Below the pieces are notes generated by a model. That model worked only from the letters and a program-made list of their open reading frames with translations, had not been told where the DNA came from and did no database searches. From Aquificaceae bacterium (lineage in GTDB: Bacteria > Aquificota > Aquificia > Aquificales > Aquificaceae): a stretch of DNA of 64,000 bases. The DNA is taken from assembly GCA_025057455.1 (NCBI GenBank), contig JANWWY010000003.1:15821-79820 (forward strand), given 5' to 3'. The position numbers and the translations under genes are program-made. This document shows, in pieces, positions 44,078-53,532 of this stretch (positions within the stretch are counted from its first letter, which is position 1; the number at the start of each line of letters is the position of its first letter).

Positions 44078-44938
44078 ATGATGGAGATACTGGTGGCTGA
44101 GCATGCGGGCTTTTGCTTTGGCGTAAGAAGAGCAATAAACATTGCGGAAGATGCTTTAAAAAATCTGGAAAAAGCTGGAAGCATTTACAGTATAGGTCCT
44201 CTCATACACAACCCACAGGAAGTCAAAAGACTCCAAGAAAAGGGTCTGGCTCTTCTTGAGAGGGAGGAAGACCTGAAGGAAAATACCACCGTAGTGGTGC
44301 GCTCTCACGGCATACCCCCACAGAGGGAAAGAGAGCTCCTTTCCAAGGGTGTGCGGATACTGGATGCCACATGCCCCTTTGTCAAGGCTGTCCACGATGC
44401 AGTGGTTAAGCTTTCAAAAGAGGGCTACTTTGTTGTGCTTGTTGGTGAGAAAAACCATCCAGAGGTAATAGGAACTCTGGGTTATCTCCAAGAGTGTGGC
44501 GGTAAGGGCGTAGTGGTAGAAAGTAAAGAAGACATAAAGGGCGTGCTTGGTAAGGAAAGGGTCGGTATAGTAGCTCAAACTACTCAGAATGAGCAGTTTT
44601 TTAAGGAAGTTGTAGGTGAGATAGCCCTATGGTCCAAGGAGGTTAAGGTAATAAACACCATATGCAACGCTACCTCAGAAAGGCAAGAAGATGTCTACAA
44701 GTTAGCACCCGTAGTGGATGTTATGATAATCATAGGTGGGAAAAACAGCGGAAACACTCGCAGGCTGTATGAAATATCCAAGAGCATAAACCCAAGAAGC
44801 TACCACATAGAGACGCCCGACGAGCTAAAGAGAGAGTGGTTTGAAGGTGCGAAAAAAGTTGGAGTCACCGCAGGAGCTTCTACGCCCGACTGGATAATAG
44901 AGGAAGTGGTGGATAGCATAAGAAGAATAAACTCATAG
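44078..44938 (+). CDS. ispH: 4-hydroxy-3-methylbut-2-enyl diphosphate reductase
   Basis: GFCFGV, IHN, RSHG, DATCPFV, HPEV, QTT, TICNAT, SGNT, AGASTP. Confidence 0.97.
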   Translation: MMEILVAEHAGFCFGVRRAINIAEDALKNLEKAGSIYSIGPLIHNPQEVKRLQEKGLALLEREEDLKENTTVVVRSHGIPPQRERELLSKGVRILDATCPFVKAVHDAVVKLSKEGYFVVLVGEKNHPEVIGTLGYLQECGGKGVVVESKEDIKGVLGKERVGIVAQTTQNEQFFKEVVGEIALWSKEVKVINTICNATSERQEDVYKLAPVVDVMIIIGGKNSGNTRRLYEISKSINPRSYHIETPDELKREWFEGAKKVGVTAGASTPDWIIEEVVDSIRRINS

Positions 44939-45838
44939 AGATTTTAAAAGTTCATCCACAAGGACACCCTCCTTTAAACCCCAATCGCTTACCCTTATCC
45001 TATCCTTTCCAAAAAGTAGCATACTCCTGTAAAAGATGAGTATTCCTGGGATTATAACCTTTGCCCTCTTTGGCTCTATGTGAGGAAAGCTGGCAATCCT
45101 CTGACTCTCTTTCATAGAGCTAAGAGTTTCGAGCCAAAACATGAGCCTGTCAATGGACAGCTCCTTTCCGTGCACATCTTCGCCCTTGTAGGGAAAAACT
45201 CCGTACTCTATGGCTGCCACAGTGGTAATGGTGCCACCAAGACCTACAAGCTCGTCGCAAGGTTGGATAACCTCCTTTATGTGCTCGTCAAGGAAGTTTT
45301 TTAGAGACTCAAGCTCGTAGTTTTTTGGTGGGTCACTTTTTATGAATTCTTCCGTAAGGTTTACTATGCCAAAGGGGAAGGAGGTCAAACTTTCTACCAC
45401 AAAATCCTTTCCGCAGACAAATTCAGTGGAACCTCCTCCCTGGTCTATTACGCAGAAACGCCCCTTTGGTTTTAGAGAGTAGGCAACGGAGAGAAAGGCA
45501 TATCTTCCCTCTTCCTCTGGGGTTATAACCTTGAGGTCGTATCCTGTTATGTCCTTTAATCTCTGTAAAAAATCCTTAGAGTTTTTAGCCCTCCTTAGAG
45601 CTTCTGTCCCAACCAGCTTTAGACTGTCCACGCCAAACTCATGAGCCTTCTGGAGGAATTCCTTTATGACGCTTAAGGTCTCCTCTATTCTATCTTCTTT
45701 TAAAAGTCCATCGCTTCTTAGGTCTGTGGCAAGGGCTGTTATTCTACCCTCTTCATGAATTATTTTCAGTTCGCCATCCAACTGTGCAATGCTCAATCTT
45801 ACCGAGTAGGAGCCCACATCTATGCTGGCAACTTTCAT
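44933..45838 (-). CDS. ppx: Ppx/GppA exopolyphosphatase (short form)
   Basis: IDVGSYS, TEALRRAKN, EEEG, DQGGGSTE, GLGGT, GLKEG. Confidence 0.92.
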   Translation of the reverse strand: MKVASIDVGSYSVRLSIAQLDGELKIIHEEGRITALATDLRSDGLLKEDRIEETLSVIKEFLQKAHEFGVDSLKLVGTEALRRAKNSKDFLQRLKDITGYDLKVITPEEEGRYAFLSVAYSLKPKGRFCVIDQGGGSTEFVCGKDFVVESLTSFPFGIVNLTEEFIKSDPPKNYELESLKNFLDEHIKEVIQPCDELVGLGGTITTVAAIEYGVFPYKGEDVHGKELSIDRLMFWLETLSSMKESQRIASFPHIEPKRAKVIIPGILIFYRSMLLFGKDRIRVSDWGLKEGVLVDELLKSL

Positions 45839-45869
45839 GCTTAAGAAGATATTATAATATTTACTCCTA

Positions 45870-45959
45870 GGAGAGGTGACCGAGTGGCCGAAGGTGCAGC
45901 ACTGGAAATGCTGTGTGCGGGCAAACCCCGCACCGCGGGTTCGAATCCCGCCCTCTCCG
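45870..45959 (+). tRNA. tRNA-Ser (GGA), long variable arm, CCA not encoded
   Basis: Acceptor stem GGAGAGG/CCTCTCC, anticodon arm CAGCA-CT GGA AA-TGCTG, variable arm GTGCGGG-CAAA-CCCCGCAC, T-loop GGTTCGAATCC. Confidence 0.96.
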
Positions 45960-45960
45960 T

Positions 45961-47226
45961 TTAAGCTCTTCTCACCTTAAGTATCATACCTTTTACCTCT
46001 TTCACTACAATCTGTTCGCCCCTTCTTATAGGCTCGTCGCTTACTGCGTTCCATATTTCACCGTGAATAAAGACCTTACCCTTCCCCTCCACAAAATCCG
46101 TGTAAGCCTCTCCCTGCATACCCACAAGCTCCTCTGTTCCCAACATCTTTTTTAGCTTTTGAGCTTTGAGTCCCAGCCTTCCAGCAAAGAGGAAAAAGGC
46201 AACGGTTATGGCCACCATGGTAGCTATCACGCTTATGGGTATATCACCGTAGGGTGAATCTGGGCTTATGAGTATAAGAGACCCAAGGGCAATGGCAATG
46301 GCACCAGCAATGGCAAGACCGCCAAAAGCTGGAGTAAGGAGCTCAAGAACCACGAGAAGTATTCCAGCTAATATGAGAAGAAGTCCAAGCCAGTTTATAC
46401 CTATAACCCCAAGTCCGTAGAGCCCAAGTAGCAGGCATATAACCCCTACAGTGCCGGGTATGATGGAGCCTGGGTTGTAAAGTTCAAAGAATATACCATA
46501 AAAGCCTATGAGCAAGAGCATGTAGGCAACGGTTGGGTTTGTTATCACGCTCAAGAGCTCTTCTCTTAGACTTTTGCCAACTTCTACAAGCTGGACTCCT
46601 TCCGTCTTCAGAACAATTTCTTTACCATGCTTTTTAACGGTTTTTCCTTCTAACTTTTTGAGGAGGTCAGCTCTATCCGTGGCTATAAAGTCTATAACCT
46701 TTTCTTTAAGTGCCTCTTCTGGTGTAAGGGATATGGCTTCCTTTACCATTCTTTCTACCACCTCGGGGTTTCTTCCCTTTTCCTTTGCTATACTCCTCAC
46801 AAAGGCAAGCATATCCTGCATAACCTTTTCCTTCATGGCTTCGTCCATCCTTTCTCCTGTCATCTGCACAGGTGTTGCAGCGCCTATGTTGGTGCCAGGT
46901 GCCATTACAGCCACATCCGCAGATATGGTTATTATTGCTCCCGCAGAGGCTGCACGCCCACCCGGTGGATACACATAGACAACTACAGGGATGGGTGTTC
47001 TTTGAAACTCTTGGATTACCTCTCTCATGGAGCTTTCGAGACCTCCCGGCGTGTTAAGCTCAAGAATGAAAATAGTGCCCCCTTCCCTTTCAGCCCTATC
47101 TACGCTTCTCTTTACATAGTCCACCATAAGAGGTGTTACCGCTTCCTTCCATTGGGCTACGAAAACTTTTGCTTGGGAAATGCCTAACAGCAAGAGAAGG
47201 AAAAGAAAAAGTTTCATAGGAAACAT
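45961..47226 (-). CDS. NfeD long form (ClpP-like membrane protease domain, TM region, OB fold)
   Basis: LNTPGG, AASAGA, TNIGAATP, ELYNPG, GKVFIHGEIWNA. Confidence 0.9.
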   Translation of the reverse strand: MFPMKLFLFLLLLLGISQAKVFVAQWKEAVTPLMVDYVKRSVDRAEREGGTIFILELNTPGGLESSMREVIQEFQRTPIPVVVYVYPPGGRAASAGAIITISADVAVMAPGTNIGAATPVQMTGERMDEAMKEKVMQDMLAFVRSIAKEKGRNPEVVERMVKEAISLTPEEALKEKVIDFIATDRADLLKKLEGKTVKKHGKEIVLKTEGVQLVEVGKSLREELLSVITNPTVAYMLLLIGFYGIFFELYNPGSIIPGTVGVICLLLGLYGLGVIGINWLGLLLILAGILLVVLELLTPAFGGLAIAGAIAIALGSLILISPDSPYGDIPISVIATMVAITVAFFLFAGRLGLKAQKLKKMLGTEELVGMQGEAYTDFVEGKGKVFIHGEIWNAVSDEPIRRGEQIVVKEVKGMILKVRRA

Positions 47227-47233
47227 CTTAAAC

Positions 47234-47851
47234 CTACTTTATCCTGCTGGCAAGCTCCTGCAAAACCTCTTCAATGCCTACATTTCTCACTGTAAGCATT
47301 AAAAGGAGATGGTAGAACATATCACAAGCCTCCGCCTTTATTTCCTCTGGAACTCCTCTCTTCAAGGCTATGAGTGTTTCTATGGCTTCTTCGCCAAACT
47401 TTTTAAGTATTCTATCTTCGCCCTCCTTGTATAGCCTTACGGTGTAAGAACCCTCGGGCATTTCCATTAGCCTTTTCTGGATAACTTCTTGAAGCCTCTG
47501 AAGGGCTTCAAAGGGCATAATGCTTTTTATCTCTTGACCTCTTATATCCACAAAAAAACAATTTCTCCTGCCTGTGTGGCATGCGGTGTTTTTCTCTTGC
47601 TCTACCATATATAGGATAACATCCTCATCGCAATCCACCCTTATTTCTAAGACTTTCTGGAGCTCACCGGAGGTTTCTCCCTTTTTCCAGAGAGCCTTCC
47701 TTGACCTTGAGTAGTAGTGTGCGTAGCCAGTTTCTAAGGTTTTCTTTATGGCTTCTTCGTTAGCCCACGCAAACATCCTTATTTCACCAGTCCTATAGTC
47801 TTGAGCTATCACTGGCACAAGACCTTCTTCGTTAAACTTTAGCTTAAGCAT
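47234..47851 (-). CDS. hisIE: bifunctional phosphoribosyl-AMP cyclohydrolase/phosphoribosyl-ATP pyrophosphatase
   Basis: YYSRSR, WKKGETSG, DCDED, ACHTGRRNCF, KKFGEEA, DMFYH. Confidence 0.96.
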   Translation of the reverse strand: MLKLKFNEEGLVPVIAQDYRTGEIRMFAWANEEAIKKTLETGYAHYYSRSRKALWKKGETSGELQKVLEIRVDCDEDVILYMVEQEKNTACHTGRRNCFFVDIRGQEIKSIMPFEALQRLQEVIQKRLMEMPEGSYTVRLYKEGEDRILKKFGEEAIETLIALKRGVPEEIKAEACDMFYHLLLMLTVRNVGIEEVLQELASRIK

Positions 47852-48455
47852 GCTGACCTCCTAAACACACTATCTTAAGGTCCGAGTAGGGTTTTTCCTG
47901 CTGTATATCCACAACACCGTCTTGGTACAATACCATGAGCGCCATCAAATACGGAACCAAACTTTTTCCAAATATAAGCTGGTTAAAGGAGAGATTACTC
48001 TTACAGTCCTTTAGGATTTCTCTCAGTTCTTCAAGAGCATCCTCAAACTTTGATACATGCACGGGAAACCTTCTTTCTTTTTTTCTTTCTATCTTCCTAC
48101 CCGAGCCTTCTCTCCTTATTACCTTCCTTACCCTTTCTATTCTTTGGTTTATTTCCTCCTGGAGCTGTTCCTGTTGGCTTTCAAACTGCTGGACTATTTC
48201 CTGAAGAGTTAGCTTTCTACTTCCTCTTTTCTGTTTCGGTTCTGGGAAGAGGACTTCTGCTTGCTTTTTAAGTAGAAAAGATGCCGCAAGCACCGCCCTT
48301 GCTGGAACTCTCAAGTCTAAAAGCTCAAGCCTGCTTATCTCCTCCATGTACGCCCTTACCAGTGCGGATATGTCCACATCCCATGGGTCAAGCTTTCCTT
48401 CTTCCACAAGCCTGTGAGCAAGGGCAAAGGGATGGTCTTCTTCAAATTTCCACAT
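47844..48455 (-). CDS. scpA: segregation/condensation protein A
   Basis: GKLDPWDVDISAL, AASFLLKK, C-terminal winged helix (MALMVLYQDG.V...Q). Confidence 0.8.
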   Translation of the reverse strand: MWKFEEDHPFALAHRLVEEGKLDPWDVDISALVRAYMEEISRLELLDLRVPARAVLAASFLLKKQAEVLFPEPKQKRGSRKLTLQEIVQQFESQQEQLQEEINQRIERVRKVIRREGSGRKIERKKERRFPVHVSKFEDALEELREILKDCKSNLSFNQLIFGKSLVPYLMALMVLYQDGVVDIQQEKPYSDLKIVCLGGQHA

Positions 48456-49275
48456 GTCTTTTCCAGTATGTGGTCAGCTTTATAAGAGTGTGAAGGGTTT
48501 CCTTTAGGTCTTTGCGATGCACAACCATATCCACCATGCCCTTTTCAAGAAGAAATTCAGACCTTTGAAAACCTTCTGGTAGTTGCTGTTTTATGGTTTG
48601 CTCTATCACCCTTGGTCCTGCAAAACCTATGAGAGCCTTTGGCTCTGCGATTACAATATCTCCCAGAAAAGCAAAGCTGGCGGAAACACCACCCGTCGTC
48701 GGGTCTGTCAATACGGTTATGTAGGGTATTCCCTTTTTCTTAAGGTATCCCACACCCATGGAAGTTTTTGCCATCTGCATCAGAGACAGTATCCCCTCCT
48801 GCATACGAGCACCGCCAGAAGTTATTACCGCAATAAGGGGATACTCCTTTTCTCCTGCATGCTTACATGCCCTGTAGAACCTCTCACCTACCACAGAACC
48901 CATACTGCCACCTATGAAGTTAAATTCCATGACTGTCAGCACAACCTTTTCGTCTATCAGTAATCCTTCTGCTACAAGCATGGCTTCAGATAGTCCCGTT
49001 TGCTCCTGTGCTTGTTTTAGCCTTTCCTTGTAGCTTTTGGTATCCCTAAAGTTGAGGGGGTCTGTGGGCTTTATGTTTTCAAAGAGCAGTGTGTAGTCTT
49101 CAAGCAAATGCTGGAGTCTTTCCTTTGCGGGCATGTTAAAGTGGTGTTGGCACTTAGGACATACATTTAGGTTAGCACGCAGCTCGGGTACGTAGAGAAG
49201 GGATTTGCAGTTATCGCACTTTGTCCAGAGTACTTCCTTTTCTTCCCTTTTCCTGAACCTGTCTAAAAAACCCAT
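48442..49275 (-). CDS. accD: acetyl-CoA carboxylase carboxyltransferase beta subunit
   Basis: WTKCDNC..CPKC Zn ribbon, GGSMGSVVGE, SGGARMQEG, PTTGGVSASFA, GFAGPRVI. Confidence 0.97.
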   Translation of the reverse strand: MGFLDRFRKREEKEVLWTKCDNCKSLLYVPELRANLNVCPKCQHHFNMPAKERLQHLLEDYTLLFENIKPTDPLNFRDTKSYKERLKQAQEQTGLSEAMLVAEGLLIDEKVVLTVMEFNFIGGSMGSVVGERFYRACKHAGEKEYPLIAVITSGGARMQEGILSLMQMAKTSMGVGYLKKKGIPYITVLTDPTTGGVSASFAFLGDIVIAEPKALIGFAGPRVIEQTIKQQLPEGFQRSEFLLEKGMVDMVVHRKDLKETLHTLIKLTTYWKRHVEI

Positions 49276-49318
49276 GTAGATGCTATTTTAACACTTTGCT
49301 TAGGTTAAAATACTATCC

Positions 49319-50791
49319 ATGAGCCTCCGTATATACAACACTTTGACGGGTAAGCTGGAAGAGCTAGTCCCCCTAAATCCACCTCACCTCCTGATATATA
49401 CCTGTGGTGTAACCGTTTACGATGATTCACACGTAGGTCATGGAAGAAGCCTCATAGTGTTTGATGTCCTTAGAAGATTCTTGGAGCACTTGGGATACAG
49501 GGTTAGGTTTGTGAGGAACTTTACCGATGTTGACGACAAAATCATAAACAGGTCAAAGCAAGAGTGTACTGACTTTATGACCATAGCAAACAGGTATATA
49601 GCCAGCTACTACATAGATATGGAAAACATCCGCGTAAAACCTGCGGATGTGGAACCAAGGGTAACAGAGCACATCCAAGAAATCATTGAGGTTATAAAGG
49701 GTCTTATTGAAAAGGGCTATGCCTACGAGTCGGAAGGCGATGTTTACTTTTCTGTGTCTTCGTTTCCAGAGTATGGAAAGCTCTCAAAAAGAAACGTAGA
49801 AGAGTTGGAGGCTGGTGCAAGGGTGGAGCCTTCCGAGAAGAAGAAAAACCCCCTCGACTTTGCCCTCTGGAAGTCTGCAAAAGCTGGGGAGCCCGCATGG
49901 GACTCCCCGTGGGGTCCTGGAAGGCCTGGATGGCACACCGAGTGCGTAGCCATGATTTTTAAACATTTGGGACAGACTATAGACATACACGCCGGTGGTC
50001 TTGACCTTGTTTTTCCACACCACGAAAACGAAATAGCTCAGGCGGAAGCCCTTACTGGCAAACCCTTTGCAAGGTATTGGGTTCACAACGGACTTGTCAC
50101 CGTAGGCGGTCAAAAAATGTCCAAATCTCTTGGCAATTACATAACTCTAAAGGAAGTCTATTCCAAGTATCATCCAGACATACTCAGACTCTTGGTTCTC
50201 TTTACCCACTACAGAAGCCCCCTCGACTTTTCTTGGGAGAAGATGGAAGAAACAAAAAGAGCCTACGAGAGGCTTATAAACGCCCTTGAAGACCTTGAGC
50301 TTTTGAAAAAGCTACCAAGCTACGAAGAGAAGGGAACTCACCCACTCTTTGAAAGTGTAAAGCAGATGGAGGAAGGCTTTTTCAAGGCTCTTAGCGACGA
50401 CTTTAACACACCCCAAGCCCTTGCCACGATTTATGGACTAATTGGTGAGCTTGGCAAGATAAAAAACAAAGCCTTTTCCGATGGTAGGATATCAAGACAA
50501 GAGTTAGAAGCCTACGAGTTTGCGGTCAACTCTATTATCAGGAGCCTTAGGGGTGTGTTTGGTCTGCTTGAAGACTACAAGCCAGAGTGCGATGTAAAGA
50601 GAGTAGTCCAGAAGGAACTTGAGGCTGGAACCATCTTTGACAGCAGGCTTGTGGACCTGCTTGTGGAGGTCAGGGATATGACAAGGAAGGAAAAGCTGTT
50701 TTCCGTAGCAGACCATATAAGGGATAGGCTAAAGGAATTGGGCATTATACTTGAAGATACGCCGGCAGGCACAAAATGGAAAAAACAGTGA
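49319..50791 (+). CDS. cysS: cysteine--tRNA ligase
   Basis: [45 protein letters not shown]. Confidence 0.98.
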   Translation: MSLRIYNTLTGKLEELVPLNPPHLLIYTCGVTVYDDSHVGHGRSLIVFDVLRRFLEHLGYRVRFVRNFTDVDDKIINRSKQECTDFMTIANRYIASYYIDMENIRVKPADVEPRVTEHIQEIIEVIKGLIEKGYAYESEGDVYFSVSSFPEYGKLSKRNVEELEAGARVEPSEKKKNPLDFALWKSAKAGEPAWDSPWGPGRPGWHTECVAMIFKHLGQTIDIHAGGLDLVFPHHENEIAQAEALTGKPFARYWVHNGLVTVGGQKMSKSLGNYITLKEVYSKYHPDILRLLVLFTHYRSPLDFSWEKMEETKRAYERLINALEDLELLKKLPSYEEKGTHPLFESVKQMEEGFFKALSDDFNTPQALATIYGLIGELGKIKNKAFSDGRISRQELEAYEFAVNSIIRSLRGVFGLLEDYKPECDVKRVVQKELEAGTIFDSRLVDLLVEVRDMTRKEKLFSVADHIRDRLKELGIILEDTPAGTKWKKQ

Positions 50792-51645
50792 GTATAATAC
50801 TTGATGGAAGGGCATTGTCTGAAAGGCTAAGGAGCCAGATATCCGACGAAATAAGGCATTACCTTTCAAAGGGTTTAAGACCTCCAACCCTTGCGGTTGT
50901 ATTGGTGGGAGATGACCCAGCCAGTCAGGTGTACGTAGGCAACAAGGAAAGGGCTTGTCAGAAGGTGGGCATAAGGTCTTTAGTATATCGCCTACCTTAC
51001 AACACCACGCACGAAGAGCTTTTGGAGCTTATAGCACAGCTAAACGCAGACGAAGAAACGGACGGCATCCTTGTACAGCTACCCTTGCCCCCACACATAA
51101 AACAGCAGGAGGTCATAATCGCCATAAGCCCTAAAAAGGACGTGGATGGCTTTCATCCAGAGAACATGGGAAGACTTGTGGCACGCATGGAGGACGGGTT
51201 TATACCTTGCACGCCCTTGGGTATAGACCTGCTCCTAAAACACTACGGAATAGAAGTAAAGGGTAAGGATGTGGTGATAGTGGGTGCTGGGTTTATAGTG
51301 GGAAGACCTTTAAGTCTTCTTATGCTCTGGAGAGATGCCACAGTAAGCGTGTGCCACATACACACAAAAGACATAAGCCAATACACCAAAAGAGCGGACA
51401 TACTCATCTCCGCTACAGGTGTCCCTGGTCTTATAAAGCCCAGTATGGTAAAGGAAGGCTCGGTGGTGGTAGACGTTGGCATATCAAGAGTTGGGGATAG
51501 AATAGTAGGAGACGTGGACTTTGAAGGCGTGAAGGAGAAAACCTATGCCATAACGCCAGTGCCAGGGGGTGTAGGACCAATGACGGTTACCGCACTTTTG
51601 ATGAACGCACTAAAGGCATACAAAATAAGGATGGGACTAACTTAA
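50776..51645 (+). CDS. folD: methylenetetrahydrofolate dehydrogenase/cyclohydrolase
   Basis: [35 protein letters not shown]. Confidence 0.97.
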   Translation: MEKTVSIILDGRALSERLRSQISDEIRHYLSKGLRPPTLAVVLVGDDPASQVYVGNKERACQKVGIRSLVYRLPYNTTHEELLELIAQLNADEETDGILVQLPLPPHIKQQEVIIAISPKKDVDGFHPENMGRLVARMEDGFIPCTPLGIDLLLKHYGIEVKGKDVVIVGAGFIVGRPLSLLMLWRDATVSVCHIHTKDISQYTKRADILISATGVPGLIKPSMVKEGSVVVDVGISRVGDRIVGDVDFEGVKEKTYAITPVPGGVGPMTVTALLMNALKAYKIRMGLT

Positions 51646-52767
51646 AATCTCTTTCAAAATATCTATACCCTCATCCACGTGCTTTTCTTCCACTATGAGA
51701 GGTGGCACAAACCTGAGAACGCTCTGGGACGTGCAGTTTATTAAAAGACCCCTTTCCAAAGCCCTTAGAACAAGCTGGGAGCAATCTCTTTTTATGTCAA
51801 GACCTAACATAAGACCCCTTCCACGAACTTCGCCAGCCCTCAGCTCTTCCAACCTACGCCTAAAGTAAGCACCAACCCTCTCTATGTGTGGCAGTAAACT
51901 TTTTACTCTTCTTACAACTACGCTGGCACAAACGCATGCCAATGGATTCCCCCCGAAAGTAGAGCCGTGAGAGCCGGGCTTGAAAGCCTCTGCAACCTCA
52001 TCCCTTGCCAGCACCGCACCTATGGGAAAGCCTCCCCCCAGACCCTTGGCAAGGGTTATGATATCTGGTTTTATTCCGTAATGTTCATAAGCGTAAAATT
52101 TTCCAGTCCTTCCTATGCCCGTTTGCACTTCGTCAACGATAAGGAGTAGACCTTCTCTCTTACAAATTTCTTGAACCTTTTGCAGAAATTCCAGCGTGGC
52201 TTCTCTTATGCCACCTTCACCTTGTATCACTTCTAACATTATGCCTGCGGTTTCTTTTCTTAAGGCTTTCATGACTGAGTCTATGTTGTTGAGCTGTGCG
52301 TAGTCAAAACCATCCAAGAGTGGCTCAAAACCCTTTTGTATTTTTTCTTGGGCGGTAGCGGACATGGCACCAAAGGTCCTACCGTGGAAGGAGTTGTAGA
52401 AGGTAACTATTCTGTATCTTCTTTCGCCTTTTTCGTAAAAATACTTTCTTGCCAGCTTTATAGCCCCTTCGTTGGCTTCCGCACCGCTGTTGCAGAAAAA
52501 GACCTTGCCACAGGTCCAGAAGGCTTTTGTTAGCTCTCCCGCAAGCTCTTCTTGCCAAGGGTTTTCAAAGAGGTTGGAAACATGAAATAACTTCCTCGCT
52601 TGGTTGCATAGGGCTTCTGTCAGCTCTTTGTCCGCATACCCCAAGGCGTTTACCGCTATGCCCGCAATAAAGTCAAGGTATCTTTTACCTTTATCGTCGT
52701 ACAGGTATACGCCTTCACCCCTTGAAAAACTTACGGGAAGCCTCTTGTAAGTTTCCATAAGATGCAT
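51637..52767 (-). CDS. argD: acetylornithine aminotransferase (class III)
   Basis: NSGAEANE, FHGRT, EVIQGEGG, DEVQTG.GRTG, AKGLGGG, HGSTFGGNP. Confidence 0.93.
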   Translation of the reverse strand: MHLMETYKRLPVSFSRGEGVYLYDDKGKRYLDFIAGIAVNALGYADKELTEALCNQARKLFHVSNLFENPWQEELAGELTKAFWTCGKVFFCNSGAEANEGAIKLARKYFYEKGERRYRIVTFYNSFHGRTFGAMSATAQEKIQKGFEPLLDGFDYAQLNNIDSVMKALRKETAGIMLEVIQGEGGIREATLEFLQKVQEICKREGLLLIVDEVQTGIGRTGKFYAYEHYGIKPDIITLAKGLGGGFPIGAVLARDEVAEAFKPGSHGSTFGGNPLACVCASVVVRRVKSLLPHIERVGAYFRRRLEELRAGEVRGRGLMLGLDIKRDCSQLVLRALERGLLINCTSQSVLRFVPPLIVEEKHVDEGIDILKEILS

Positions 52768-52812
52768 GAGTTTATAGTTTAGCAGATGCTATAATGTTTT
52801 GGAGAGGGTAAA

Positions 52813-53532
52813 ATGAAAAAGCTCTTGCTACTGGTTATTCTTTTCAAGCTAAGTTTTGCCTTCTTTCCCTTTGAGGCGGAAGATGCCGGCACTTTGGGAG
52901 GGCTGGGAAACTTCCAATTTGAAGCCAACTATGCCAACTTTAGACACTACGGTGGTTTAAGAAGGCAGAGCTTTGACTTTCAATTTCAAGCAGGCATACT
53001 GAGAAACTTAGACTTTGCGGTGGTGCAACCCTACGTGAAAATCAGGGACGGACAGGAGAGAATAAGCGGTGTTGACGACCTAAGAGTTTTTATAAAGCAC
53101 GTGCCTTTTAGTGGTGAGCGATGGAGGGTTGGATACAGACTACAGCTGAATTTGGATACAGGTAAAAAGGGCATAGGCTACGGGAGTACTACCGCAAACT
53201 TAAACCTTATACTGGAGAGGGACATAGGAAAACTTACCCTAAACCTCAACGGTGTTTATATAAGGTCTTCACATGTAGAAGGATTGAGGGACGCTTACGG
53301 GGTTATACTGCACGCCTACGGTGAGGTTCTTCCTTGGCTGACCCTTGGGAGTGAAATAAAGTATTTAAAACCAGAGGAAAGAAACATAAGGCGAGATACG
53401 CATCTTCTCCTTGGTATGGTTCTCCATCCTACAAAAAGCACGGACATAAGCTTCGGCGTACACAAAAGCCTTTACAAGCGAGAGGGCGAGGCCAATTACG
53501 GTTTTCTCGTGGGTTTTTTACAGAGGTTCTAA
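52813..53532 (+). CDS. putative outer-membrane beta-barrel/transporter protein
   Basis: Signal peptide ending SFA, alternating hydrophobic/polar strands, C-terminal Phe (GFLQRF), SD-like GGAGAGG. Confidence 0.65.
   Translation: MKKLLLLVILFKLSFAFFPFEAEDAGTLGGLGNFQFEANYANFRHYGGLRRQSFDFQFQAGILRNLDFAVVQPYVKIRDGQERISGVDDLRVFIKHVPFSGERWRVGYRLQLNLDTGKKGIGYGSTTANLNLILERDIGKLTLNLNGVYIRSSHVEGLRDAYGVILHAYGEVLPWLTLGSEIKYLKPEERNIRRDTHLLLGMVLHPTKSTDISFGVHKSLYKREGEANYGFLVGFLQRF

Noticed and set aside
45870-45959. Integration site at tRNA-Ser
   Set aside because: Directly flanked by ppx and nfeD, with no att-like repeat or mobile genes
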